A stretch of 57,340 nt of DNA from Stellaceae bacterium (GCA_049801295.1 JBARKH010000644.1:1-57340), one strand, 5' to 3'. Shown: positions 28,584 through 37,316, counted from the first letter of the stretch. Notes: generated by a model not told the origin, from the sequence alone. A program made the numbers and translations.

Positions 28584-28898
28584 TTACGCCATGACTGCGT
28601 CGAGGACGCGCATCAGGACTCCGATAGCCAGAAAAGCCGCCATCTCGTCCCAGGCGGTCAGCATGGCAGCGCCGTGCCTTTGATCGCGGAACCACGCCGC
28701 CGCTCCGGCAAAGAAGCTATGCCAAAAACAGAAAAACGATAGGGTACCCAGCAGGGGAAAGCCGCGTTGCGTCGCCAGCGCCACCGACACCGGTACTATG
28801 ATCAGGAGCTTGAAGGCGAAAACCTGAATCCGCAGGCGCGACCCAGGATCGAGCCCGTCAAAACAGGTCGCGATGGAGTCGAGATATTTCTCGCGCAT
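28584..28898 (-). CDS. hypothetical membrane protein (about 3 TM)
   Basis: 104-aa ORF with hydrophobic segments (FAFKLLIIVPVSVALA, LLGTLSFFCFWHSFFAGAAAW, MAAFLAIGVLM). Last gene of a same-strand string of small ORFs. Confidence 0.5.
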   Translation of the reverse strand: MREKYLDSIATCFDGLDPGSRLRIQVFAFKLLIIVPVSVALATQRGFPLLGTLSFFCFWHSFFAGAAAWFRDQRHGAAMLTAWDEMAAFLAIGVLMRVLDAVMA

Positions 28899-28922
28899 AT
28901 CGGTCTCTCGGTCCGAGGTCTT

Positions 28923-29348
28923 TCAGCTCTTCGACGCCGGAGAAACGCGAAAAACCGAGGCCGTGCCGGAGACAGCCCGCGACGTGCGGGTTCTGCGGTA
29001 GAGGGAGAAGAGGTGGCAAATGGTCAGGGAAGCAGTACAGCGCCGCAGGCGATTGCGAATTTGGACAAATCTCGATGCGCTCGCCGGTTTAGTCGTGCGT
29101 CCGACGCCGGCGCGTCGATATCCGGCCGGTCGGCAGAGCTGATGCGGCCATCCCTGCTCCTGATAGACCACCAGGTAAAGGCCATCGACGAACAGCTCGA
29201 TCACGGCCGGCGCCGATGCGCATCGCCGCTTGGCGTATTCGAGGCCTTCGGACAGGTCCTCGAATTCGGCAACCGATTGCCCCGGCAGACCTGTGATCGA
29301 CCAGGTGCCGACCGGATCGCGGTGGTGGATTTGAAGGCGCAAGTCCAT
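28923..29348 (-). CDS. hypothetical protein
   Basis: The 141-aa ORF has a protein-like N-terminal half (MDLRLQIHHRDPVGTWSITGLPGQSVAEFEDLSEGLEYAKRR...LYLVVYQEQGW). The C-terminal half is Arg/Ser-rich and may not be genuine. Confidence 0.4.
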   Translation of the reverse strand: MDLRLQIHHRDPVGTWSITGLPGQSVAEFEDLSEGLEYAKRRCASAPAVIELFVDGLYLVVYQEQGWPHQLCRPAGYRRAGVGRTTKPASASRFVQIRNRLRRCTASLTICHLFSLYRRTRTSRAVSGTASVFRVSPASKS

Positions 29349-29365
29349 GATGCAATGCCCGCGGG

Positions 29366-29590
29366 CTAGCGCCCGTTAACCGTGAGAGTGTCGGAGGCCG
29401 GCTCGATATGAACCCTGGCGGCGTCGCCGTCCGCTTCGTACAAGGCGAAGCGCAAGGCCTCCTTGCAGCTGATAAACACCCCTCCAAGCAGACCGTGAGT
29501 TTCGCGGGCTATCCAGCGCCCGCGCTGATCGCGCCGGATCGTGAACTCGCGCAGCACGCGCTGCCCCGGCGGCAATTCGAAATAAGGCAT
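29366..29590 (-). CDS. hypothetical small protein
   Basis: 74 aa, MPYFELPPGQRVLREFTIRRDQRGRWIARETHGLLGGVFISCKEALRFALYEADGD... Its general pattern resembles the N-half of the downstream ORF. Confidence 0.5.
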   Translation of the reverse strand: MPYFELPPGQRVLREFTIRRDQRGRWIARETHGLLGGVFISCKEALRFALYEADGDAARVHIEPASDTLTVNGR

Positions 29591-29605
29591 TTGTGCACCT
29601 TTGGC

Positions 29606-29863
29606 TCAATGCGCGACGCCGAGCGGCAGAGAAAGCAGCATCCGCACCGCCAGCGCGCCGATCATGATCAGCAGCAGGACCGAAAACGTCGCACCGATTT
29701 CACGAAACGTCCGCATCCCGGCTTTCACCCGGTGCGAGACATCCCTCTGGGTCCGCGTCTTGCCTATTCGCTCGCCTCGGGACTTGGCGAAATCCATGAC
29801 GGCCATGTTGCATTCACTCCGCTCCGACACCGGCTCGGTGACGCCATAGAAAAGACCCTTCAC
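29606..29863 (-). CDS. hypothetical C-terminally membrane-anchored small protein
   Basis: 85 aa with a single C-terminal TM (FSVLLLIMIGALAVRMLLSLPLGV). An internal ATG (MAVMDF...) is possible. Confidence 0.4.
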   Translation of the reverse strand: MKGLFYGVTEPVSERSECNMAVMDFAKSRGERIGKTRTQRDVSHRVKAGMRTFREIGATFSVLLLIMIGALAVRMLLSLPLGVAH

Positions 29864-30579
29864 GAGTAAAAGTTCGAGCCGTCCCGGACACGCGAATTAT
29901 AAAAAAGCCATAACCGAGGCGATCAATGGCCTGTTTTTTCCTGAATTTTTAGGCGTGGACGGCCTTTTCTCCCGCGGATCGTATCCCCCGAAAACACGAA
30001 GACCACTCGGCAGCCCGGAGATCTATACGCCAGCTATACGCGCCGACCGCCGTCTCAATATCGACTCTTTATGCAGAGCCGCCGATCTGGCCGCTGTCAC
30101 CGGTGTCACGTCGATACCGATCAGAGCAGAGTTCGGCGAAAATGCAGCTCAATTTTGTAAGCACGAGCCACATTCCTGATGGTTCCTCGGGCCGTTACCG
30201 CACGGCGGCTTCTCGCGAGCATCCAGTAATCGCGAGGATCGAGCGGATTGCCGGGCGCATTACCGATGGGATTATCGCTAGGGCACCGCTGTTTTGGCTG
30301 GCGCTCCTTTTCGCGTTCGTAGCGGTATCGCTCGGGGTCATTCCGAACGAGTAATGAGGAGCCTCAGATCTCGTCCTACGAGGACAGGCTCGACGGCCGG
30401 CTAGCCGACGTGCTCAAACAGCCGCGGCCATCCGGCGTTCTCGCTGGTTGAATGAGCCCTTCCCTCGAAGGGGAGCTTCCAATGTTTGCCTTGATCGTTG
30501 TGGATTTGCGGCCGGCTGGCGCCTTCGCGCCCGGCTGGCACTCAGCCGCCGGGCGATCTTCCACCGAGGAGAGCCCCCG

Positions 30580-32307
30580 ATGAGCGCCGTCGGGTGGGGG
30601 CAGATCGGCCTATTGGCGCTGTTCATCGGCCTTTTGGTGAGGCCGTTGGGCGGATACCTGGCTCGCGTCTACGCCGGCGAGCGCACGCTGTTGCAGCCGA
30701 TCCTCGGACCGATCGAAACCGCGCTTTACCGCTTGGCAGGGGTGGATGCCTCGGTCGAGCAGAAATGGTCCGAATACGCGGTCGCCCTCCTCCTCTTTCA
30801 CGCGGTCGGGAACGTTGCGCTCTATCTTCTCTTCCGAACCCAGGATCTGTTGCCGCTCAATCCGCAGCTTCTTCCAGGGACTTCACCGGACCTGGCGTTA
30901 GACACCGCGGTCAGCTTTGTGACGAATACCAGCTGGCAATCCTATGGCGGCGAGACGACGCTGTCTTATCTCCCCCAGATGGCCGGGATCACGGTTCAGA
31001 GCTTTCTCTCCGCGGCAGCCGGCATGGCTGTTGCCGTGGCACTGGTCCGCGGTCTTTCACGCCGCACCACCGGCACAATCGGCAATTTCTGGGTGGACCT
31101 CACGCGTGGCACGCTCTACGTGCTGCTGCCGATCTGCACCGTCGCGGCCTTGTTCTTCATGGAAGAGGGCGTGCCGCAGACTTTCGATCGCTACGTCCAG
31201 ACGGAAACCGTGCAGGCGGGGACGCAACTCATCGCGCGCGGGCCGGTCGCTAGCCAGGAGGCGATCAAACTGTTGAGCGGCGACGGCGGCGGCTTCTTCA
31301 ACGTGAATTCGGCACATCCCTTCGAAAATCCGACGCCGCTCACCAATATCGCGGAAATGGGGCTGATCCTGTTGGTTGGGGCGGCCTTGACCAACACTTT
31401 CGGCCGCATGGTCGGCAGCGAAAGGCAAGGCTGGACCTTGCTTGCGACCATGACGATCCTGTTCGGGTTGGGTTTTGCCGGCCTGTACGCGCTGGAGACG
31501 CGCGGCAACCCGGAGCTCGCCTCGGCAGCGCTGGACCAGGCGCCGGGCCCCTTGCAGCCCGGCGGCAACATGGAAGGCAAGGAGGTGCGCTTCGGCATTG
31601 CCGGCTCGGCGCTCTATGCCGAGGCATCGACCGCGTCGTCGGACGGCGCGGTCGACGCGATGCACGACAGCTTCCTGCCGCTCAGCGGCGCGATCCTGCT
31701 CGGCAACATGATGGTGGACGAGGTCATCGTCGGCGCGCCCGGCTCGGGCTTATGGGGGATCCTGCAGTTCGCCCTGGTCACCGTTTTCATAGCGGGTCTG
31801 ATGATCGGACGGACGCCGGAATATGTCGGCAAGAAGATCGAGGCGCGCGAAATCAAGATGGCAATGCTGGCGCTGCTCGTGGCGCCGGGTTTGATCCTCG
31901 TCCTGACTGCATTGGCGAGCGTCGTTCCTCCGGGACTCGCTGGGCCGGGCAATGCCGGGCCGCACGGTTTTTCGGAGATCCTTTACGCCTACACCTCGGC
32001 AGCGGCCACCAATGGCAGCGCCTTCGCCGCGTTGACCGCAAACACGCCTTTCTACAACCTGACGCTGGCGCTGGCGATGTTCGTGGGTCGGTTCTTCGTC
32101 GTCGTGCCGGTACTCGCGATTGCCGGCTCACTTGCGGCCAAACGCTCCGTACCGCGCTCGGCGGGGACCCTGCCGACGGATGGTCTTCAATTCGTCCTGC
32201 TACTTACCGGGACGATCGTGATCGTCGGCGGTCTCAGCTTCTTCCCGGCACTCTCGCTCGGGCCGGTCGTCGAGCATTTCGCGATGCAGGCTGGAGTCTC
32301 TTACTGA
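30580..32307 (+). CDS. orphan divergent KdpA-family paralogue (no kdpB/kdpC partner in cis)
   Basis: Track ORF 30448..32307, trimmed to MSAVGWGQIGLLALFIGLLVRPLGGYLARVYAGERTLL with GAGGAG upstream. 575 aa and collinear with kdpA, but the P-loop motifs differ: [48 protein letters not shown]. Confidence 0.9.
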   Translation: MSAVGWGQIGLLALFIGLLVRPLGGYLARVYAGERTLLQPILGPIETALYRLAGVDASVEQKWSEYAVALLLFHAVGNVALYLLFRTQDLLPLNPQLLPGTSPDLALDTAVSFVTNTSWQSYGGETTLSYLPQMAGITVQSFLSAAAGMAVAVALVRGLSRRTTGTIGNFWVDLTRGTLYVLLPICTVAALFFMEEGVPQTFDRYVQTETVQAGTQLIARGPVASQEAIKLLSGDGGGFFNVNSAHPFENPTPLTNIAEMGLILLVGAALTNTFGRMVGSERQGWTLLATMTILFGLGFAGLYALETRGNPELASAALDQAPGPLQPGGNMEGKEVRFGIAGSALYAEASTASSDGAVDAMHDSFLPLSGAILLGNMMVDEVIVGAPGSGLWGILQFALVTVFIAGLMIGRTPEYVGKKIEAREIKMAMLALLVAPGLILVLTALASVVPPGLAGPGNAGPHGFSEILYAYTSAAATNGSAFAALTANTPFYNLTLALAMFVGRFFVVVPVLAIAGSLAAKRSVPRSAGTLPTDGLQFVLLLTGTIVIVGGLSFFPALSLGPVVEHFAMQAGVSY

Positions 32308-32433
32308 GCCCCGCTGCCCCGGAAAAGCGGCATTAGCCTGTAAGAGTCCACCGCCGGTACTTCGGCACCGGTGCGCCGTGAATAGCTGCGCTTTGATCTC
32401 CGAGGCGGACAAGGCGCGCGGGCGCGGCGTATC

Positions 32434-35292
32434 TCACGGAGGCAGCAGGATCTTTTCGAGCTGTTCCAACAGCTCGCCATAGCGGACGAAATTGCCCGAG
32501 GCGTATTGCTGCTGCATATCGTGAAACACGGCGCGGGCACGCTCGATCCGATCGAGATTAGTTGCAGCGGATGGCGCTCCGGCCGACTGCTCGGCGCGGA
32601 CCCCGACCAGAAGCTTCTCGGCTTCGCTGAGGCTGTTCGCCCACTCGATCTTGCGGTCGTCGGGGAGCAATTGTCCGAGCACGACGCGGGCGAGCGTCGG
32701 GATCTTGGTCTGCTCGGCCTCGATATAGATGGGCTCGATCGCCACCAGTTGATTGTCGTTGAGCGGCAGGATGAGCAAGTTGCCATGAATCACGCGAGAG
32801 CCGTGCTGGTCCCATAGCGTCAGATCGCCCGAGAACCGGCTGTCCGAGTTGATCCGCGACTCGATTTGTGCCGGACCATCGACGAACCGCCCCTTGGGAA
32901 AGCGGAACGCGACAAGCTTGCCATAGTTCTCGCCGTCAGACCGGCCGGCAAGCCATCCGGCCATCTGGTTCTTGCCCGCTACCGACAGCGGCAGCATCAG
33001 CATGAACTCCGGGTGATCGGCCTGCGGCAGCTGGGCCATCACATAGTAAGGCTGAACCTCGATCTCGCGGTCGCGGTAGAGCTCTCGCGGCACCTCCCAT
33101 CGATCCTCCCGGTTATAGAACGTGGTCGGGTTGGTCATGTGGTAGGTGCCGTACATTTCCGCCTGAGCGGTAAACAGATCCTCGGGGTATCGAATGTGAC
33201 GGCGGAGATTTTCGGGCATCTCGCTGCGGTCGTGAAACAGGTCCGGCAACATTTTCCGATACGCTTTGATGATCGGATCGTCAGTACCAAAGACATAGAA
33301 GGTCACCGCGCCATTATACGCATCGACCACCGCCTTGACCGAATTACGTAGGTAATTGAGGTCAGAGAAGTTAGATAGCGAACCGTGATAGACAGCGCTG
33401 TAAGGGTAGTTCGCGGAACTCGTATAGCCGTCGATGATGTAAGAGTAATGATCACCATCGGCGACGATATAGGGGTCGTGATCGAAAGTGAGGAACGGCG
33501 CCAACCGTTCGACGCGTTCGATAATGTTACGGCGGATCATCACGCGGCTGTCCGGGGTGAAGTATCCCGAAATGAACAGCCGCAAGCCGTCGAATTCATG
33601 GGCGATGACGAGCTTGCGCCAGAGGTTCGACAGGAGAATCCCGCCCTTACCGCCATATATGGTCTCGGCGTTCGCGTCGCCCTGCGGGAAATCAAATTCC
33701 TTCTCGGTGGTGTGCACGTAGACCCGGTCGCGGGTTAGCATGCCGAAGTAGATTTCGCCATGGCTGACCGCGAGGTCGCCCTTGGCCTGGATTGGAATAT
33801 CGTGCGCCCATAGGACCGGATTTCCGCGGCTGTCGATCTCGTTGACCGGAACCGCTACGGCACCGTAGCCATGGGTATATTTGAGTGCGAGGTTCACCCA
33901 CACCTGGGCTGCCGCCGGGAGCTTAGCAACATCGAGTTCGCGTGCCGTAATCATTACCTGACGTTCGACACCGTCGATCTGATAGCGATCAATGTCGACA
34001 CCGCCGAAGGTGTAATAGGGGCGCAGGCCTTGGATCTGCTGCAGCTGGGGTTCGAGCGCGCGCCAATCCCAGATGCGCGCATCGCGCAGTGTCGCCGCGT
34101 TCTTGTCGAGATCTTCGCGGCCGAGCGGAGTTGCCGAGACCGCGAATTCCTGTTCTTCGACATTCGGCCCATCGAGCCCATAGGCCCGCCGCGTGCCGGC
34201 AATGCTGCGGACGAGGTAGGGCTGTTCGAGGGTTATCTGGTTAGGGCCGACATAGAGATGCTCGACCGCTGTCGGGAGGATCTCCGCGCCCAGGTAGACA
34301 GTGACGAGAACGCCGCACGGTGCCGCCCAATGCCAGCGTGCGGCAAACAGCCAGCGACGGAATTGCGGCATGGCCGCGGCGGCCGCCAAGGCAATTGCGG
34401 CTGCCACCCAGCAGGCGATCATCGTGCCATAGGCCGGCAGCCAGAAATGGATGTCGACGAACGAGGCGCCGGCAATGACGGCGGAATGTCCGTCGATGAT
34501 AAGGTGATACCGGCCGAAAAAGAGCGCGAGGGCGGAACCGAGGCAGAACAATCCGCCCAGCATCATCCCCTGACGAAACCAACCGTCCCAGGCGATCCGG
34601 CGGACGGCGATGAAAGCTTCGTCACCCGCCCCCAGCTCGTCGGGTGAGCGCTGGTCGATCAGGGCGGGGTAACGGCTGTGGTAGCGCCAGGGCTGTCCCG
34701 GGCGCGGATAGAAAAGAAAGCCGATACCGGCCCAGGCGGCGATCGTCACGAGAAGGATCGTGATGACGAGATAAACTGCACTTTCATAAAGCGGCAGAGC
34801 GAGAAGGTAAAAAGATAGATCCTTGCCGAGGACCGGGTCGGTTACACCCGACGGCGCGGCCCCGAGGAAGGCCGTTAGCGGCGTCCAAAGGCTGGTGGCG
34901 CGGAATGCGATCAGCGCTGAAATGATGAAGCCGACAAACCACGGCGCGCTACGCGGCACGATCTCCACTGGCCGGCACACCGCCCGCAGATTGAACGCGG
35001 TGAACAAGCCGCCGAAAGCCAAGATCGAGACAAAAATTGCTACCCGCAGTCCCAGCGCGAACCAATAGCGGTATTGTTGGCCGAGCTCGTCGAACCAGTA
35101 ATTCTGCAACGCAATCGTGAAAATCATCTCCATTGCGATGATCGCGATGATCATGCCCGCGACATAGGCCAGGTCCCGGTAGATGCGGTGGATAAAGGCG
35201 ATCGACGGCGGGTTGCCCCGATTTTGCAAAACCGTCATCGTGAGCGGCAGCGCGGCGAGAAGGACGAGGATCAGATAGCTGACTGCAAACAT
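32434..35292 (-). CDS. UPF0182-family large membrane protein
   Basis: 952 aa. N-terminal polytopic region followed by a large soluble region with motifs I associate with UPF0182/COG1615 (YTFGGVDIDRY, LKYTHGYG, YYVMAQLP..., LILPL...IEPIYIEAE). Confidence 0.8.
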   Translation of the reverse strand: MFAVSYLILVLLAALPLTMTVLQNRGNPPSIAFIHRIYRDLAYVAGMIIAIIAMEMIFTIALQNYWFDELGQQYRYWFALGLRVAIFVSILAFGGLFTAFNLRAVCRPVEIVPRSAPWFVGFIISALIAFRATSLWTPLTAFLGAAPSGVTDPVLGKDLSFYLLALPLYESAVYLVITILLVTIAAWAGIGFLFYPRPGQPWRYHSRYPALIDQRSPDELGAGDEAFIAVRRIAWDGWFRQGMMLGGLFCLGSALALFFGRYHLIIDGHSAVIAGASFVDIHFWLPAYGTMIACWVAAAIALAAAAAMPQFRRWLFAARWHWAAPCGVLVTVYLGAEILPTAVEHLYVGPNQITLEQPYLVRSIAGTRRAYGLDGPNVEEQEFAVSATPLGREDLDKNAATLRDARIWDWRALEPQLQQIQGLRPYYTFGGVDIDRYQIDGVERQVMITARELDVAKLPAAAQVWVNLALKYTHGYGAVAVPVNEIDSRGNPVLWAHDIPIQAKGDLAVSHGEIYFGMLTRDRVYVHTTEKEFDFPQGDANAETIYGGKGGILLSNLWRKLVIAHEFDGLRLFISGYFTPDSRVMIRRNIIERVERLAPFLTFDHDPYIVADGDHYSYIIDGYTSSANYPYSAVYHGSLSNFSDLNYLRNSVKAVVDAYNGAVTFYVFGTDDPIIKAYRKMLPDLFHDRSEMPENLRRHIRYPEDLFTAQAEMYGTYHMTNPTTFYNREDRWEVPRELYRDREIEVQPYYVMAQLPQADHPEFMLMLPLSVAGKNQMAGWLAGRSDGENYGKLVAFRFPKGRFVDGPAQIESRINSDSRFSGDLTLWDQHGSRVIHGNLLILPLNDNQLVAIEPIYIEAEQTKIPTLARVVLGQLLPDDRKIEWANSLSEAEKLLVGVRAEQSAGAPSAATNLDRIERARAVFHDMQQQYASGNFVRYGELLEQLEKILLPP

Positions 35293-35392
35293 CAGGCGTT
35301 CCTTCCCGGACAGCGCCGATCACCGGGGATCAATTATGGATCGCCTGCTCCTCGTCACCATTGACATAGCGCAACCGGCGCGCGGGCCGCGC

Positions 35393-35498
35393 ATCGTCAG
35401 AGGTCTCCGATTCTTTCCTGTCGCTCGGGCCGGTCGTCGCGCATTTCGCGATGCAGGCTGGGGCCTCCTAGTGAGCTGCGCTGCCCCGGAAAATCGGC
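35393..35498 (+). pseudogene. degraded copy of the last ~30 codons plus 3' flank of the orphan kdpA
   Basis: Manual alignment to 32221..32331. The core tcgctcgggccggtcgtcg[a/c]gcatttcgcgatgcaggctgg matches 40 of 41 nt. There is a 5-nt gap upstream, and the stop and downstream ctgccccggaaaa[g/t]cggc are shared. Confidence 0.65.
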
Positions 35499-35599
35499 CC
35501 CCGATTCTGCCGCTGACGTTGCCCGCCATAGACGCAAGGATTACTGCTAAATTCCAGAATAATACGGAGAAATACTGGGGTTCCGGCGCGGTCTCGTAT

Positions 35600-35870
35600 C
35601 GATTACCAGGTGTATTACTTTAGAACCGGGATCACGTTGATGTGCATATTTTTGCGACTTCTTAAGTAAGGTCAATTTTGCTACGGAGGTTCCCGCCCGG
35701 AGTTCTCCCCGCGAATTCTTTTCATATTAGCCGGCTTCGCTGGGGTACTGGTGTCGGTCACCGGGAACGAGACCGCCCAGCGCTGGGAAGCAGGCAAGTC
35801 GTCGTACTCGCTGTGACGAGTGCGGGCACGGCGGCCGAGCCGATAGGCACGAGCCGATTCGCCAGCGCAC
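35600..35870 (-). pseudogene. frameshifted paralogue remnant of the small gene at 37071..37316
   Basis: DNA 35600..35702 aligns with 37078..37190. The translated tail ...LRAGTSVAKLTLLKKSQKYAHQRDPGSKVIHLVIDTRPR matches ...LRLGTPVAKSTLLKMLRKYAHQHELGSEVVDLVVDTRSR. There is an in-frame TAA upstream and the N-terminal part is in another frame. Confidence 0.4.
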
Positions 35871-35887
35871 ACCCTCTTCGATGGCGC

Positions 35888-36181
35888 TCATTGGAACTCG
35901 TCCTTTAGTGTCTTGGACAGGCGTTGGTCATCGCGGCTTATGACCTGCAGGACAACGACCTCGGGCCGTTCAACGATTTCCCGAAACGCGGTGGCGGCTT
36001 CGTCTGCACCCGACTCCCGATCGAACCCCCGGTGAAAGTCCGTCATCCCCTCAAATTCGGTGACCTCGTCCGGCTCGGCGGCGGCCAATTCGAGAAGCTT
36101 GGAGCGAATGGTGCCGTAATTGTCTGTCTTGCGGAGCCACACCACGACCGAGAATTTCGGTGGCTGAAAGACGTCAGCCAT
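35888..36181 (-). CDS. hypothetical protein (97 aa)
   Basis: Clean ORF, MADVFQPPKFSVVVWLRKTDNYGTIRSKLLELAAAEPDEVTEFEGMTDFHRGFDRES..., directly downstream of the USP gene. Confidence 0.5.
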   Translation of the reverse strand: MADVFQPPKFSVVVWLRKTDNYGTIRSKLLELAAAEPDEVTEFEGMTDFHRGFDRESGADEAATAFREIVERPEVVVLQVISRDDQRLSKTLKDEFQ

Positions 36182-36211
36182 TCGCCCCCTTCTCGCGGCC
36201 GAGGCGCGCGC

Positions 36212-37048
36212 TCACCGGGAAATCAGGAGTGGAATCGTTGTCTTTTCCAGGAGGTCCTGCGTGGTGCCACCGACGACGAATTCCCAGATCTGCGAATGCC
36301 CGTAAGCGCCCATCACAAGTAGATCGGCCCCGAACTCCGCAGCGTGCGCCAGGAGAGCATCGGTTACGCTTCTCTCTCCGGCCGAAAGTTCCGTGGCGTC
36401 AGGAGACACGCCGTGGCGGCCAAGGTGGGCAGTTAGCTCAGACAGGTTGAGCCCATCGCGCATATGCCGTTGCCGAAGGGGATCGACGGCGAGCAGTGAT
36501 ACTCGTTCGGCGTCCTGGAGCATCGGCATTGCGTCTCGGATGGCGCGCGCGGCCTCGCGGCTGCCATCCCAGGTGACGAGGATCCGTCTACCGATCTCGC
36601 GGAGCAGGACATTGTTGGGTATCACGAGAATGGGTGTCACAGCCCCGAACGCGACTTTCGCCGGTAGTAGGAACGCTGAAATCGCCGGAGGGTTTTCTGT
36701 ATCGAATTGCCCTAGCATTAGGAGATCGGCAAAACGACTACGCTCCGCAATGGTCTCGGCCATGTCCGCCGCGACACATTCCCACGCCGTGACAACGCTC
36801 GCATCCTTGGTCTCTTCGCGAAACAGAACCTCAGCCAGGCGGGCAGCCTCTCGGGCATTTTCTGCATATATCTTGGCAATCCGCGCGATAGCGCTCGGCT
36901 TGAAATAAGGCGGGACGTTGGGCTCGGGGATTACATGCAGCCCGGAAAGGCGCGCGCCGAAGCGGTGAGCCAAAGATAAAGCCAAATTGAGCCGAACCCT
37001 TGAGGCCGGTGCCGAATCGACGTGAACCAAGATGTCTTTGAAGCTCAT
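36212..37048 (-). CDS. universal stress protein, tandem UspA domains
   Basis: Trimmed to MSFKDILVHVDSAPASRVRLNLALSLAHRFGARLSGLHV. The second domain ends ...ADLLVMGAYGHSQIWEFVVGGTTQDLLEKTTIPLLISR (classic USP C-terminus). Confidence 0.85.
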   Translation of the reverse strand: MSFKDILVHVDSAPASRVRLNLALSLAHRFGARLSGLHVIPEPNVPPYFKPSAIARIAKIYAENAREAARLAEVLFREETKDASVVTAWECVAADMAETIAERSRFADLLMLGQFDTENPPAISAFLLPAKVAFGAVTPILVIPNNVLLREIGRRILVTWDGSREAARAIRDAMPMLQDAERVSLLAVDPLRQRHMRDGLNLSELTAHLGRHGVSPDATELSAGERSVTDALLAHAAEFGADLLVMGAYGHSQIWEFVVGGTTQDLLEKTTIPLLISR

Positions 37049-37070
37049 CACCCGACCTCTAACTAGGATG

Positions 37071-37316
37071 TCAGCGTGATCTCGTATCGACGACCAGATC
37101 GACGACTTCCGAACCGAGCTCATGTTGATGCGCATATTTTCGCAGCATCTTAAGTAGGGTCGATTTTGCTACGGGGGTCCCCAACCGGAGCTTCGCCAGG
37201 ACTCTCGGATTGGCCTTCAGCGCCCGACCCGCCTCGATGTCGCTCGCATAATGCTCGGAAACCATGCTCGGCCATTGTCGGCAAACAAACCAGGCGCGGT
37301 CCTTCTTCTTGCTCAT
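37071..37316 (-). CDS. hypothetical small protein, possible HTH
   Basis: MSKKKDRAWFVCRQWPSMVSEHYASDIEAGRALKANPRVLAKLRLGTPVAKSTLLKMLRKYAHQ... It has a degraded paralogue at 35600..35870. Confidence 0.45.
   Translation of the reverse strand: MSKKKDRAWFVCRQWPSMVSEHYASDIEAGRALKANPRVLAKLRLGTPVAKSTLLKMLRKYAHQHELGSEVVDLVVDTRSR

Noticed and set aside
30103-30354. An 83-aa plus-strand ORF upstream of the orphan kdpA with a C-terminal hydrophobic stretch.
   Set aside because: Weak third-position GC bias and no clear RBS. It cannot be supported as a gene from sequence alone, though a small membrane protein is not excluded.
32308-35292. The idea that the orphan kdpA heads a second kdp operon.
   Set aside because: The next gene is convergent (UPF0182) and there is no kdpB/kdpC-like frame anywhere from 32.3 to 37 kb. 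Only a ~106-nt kdpA 3' remnant is present.
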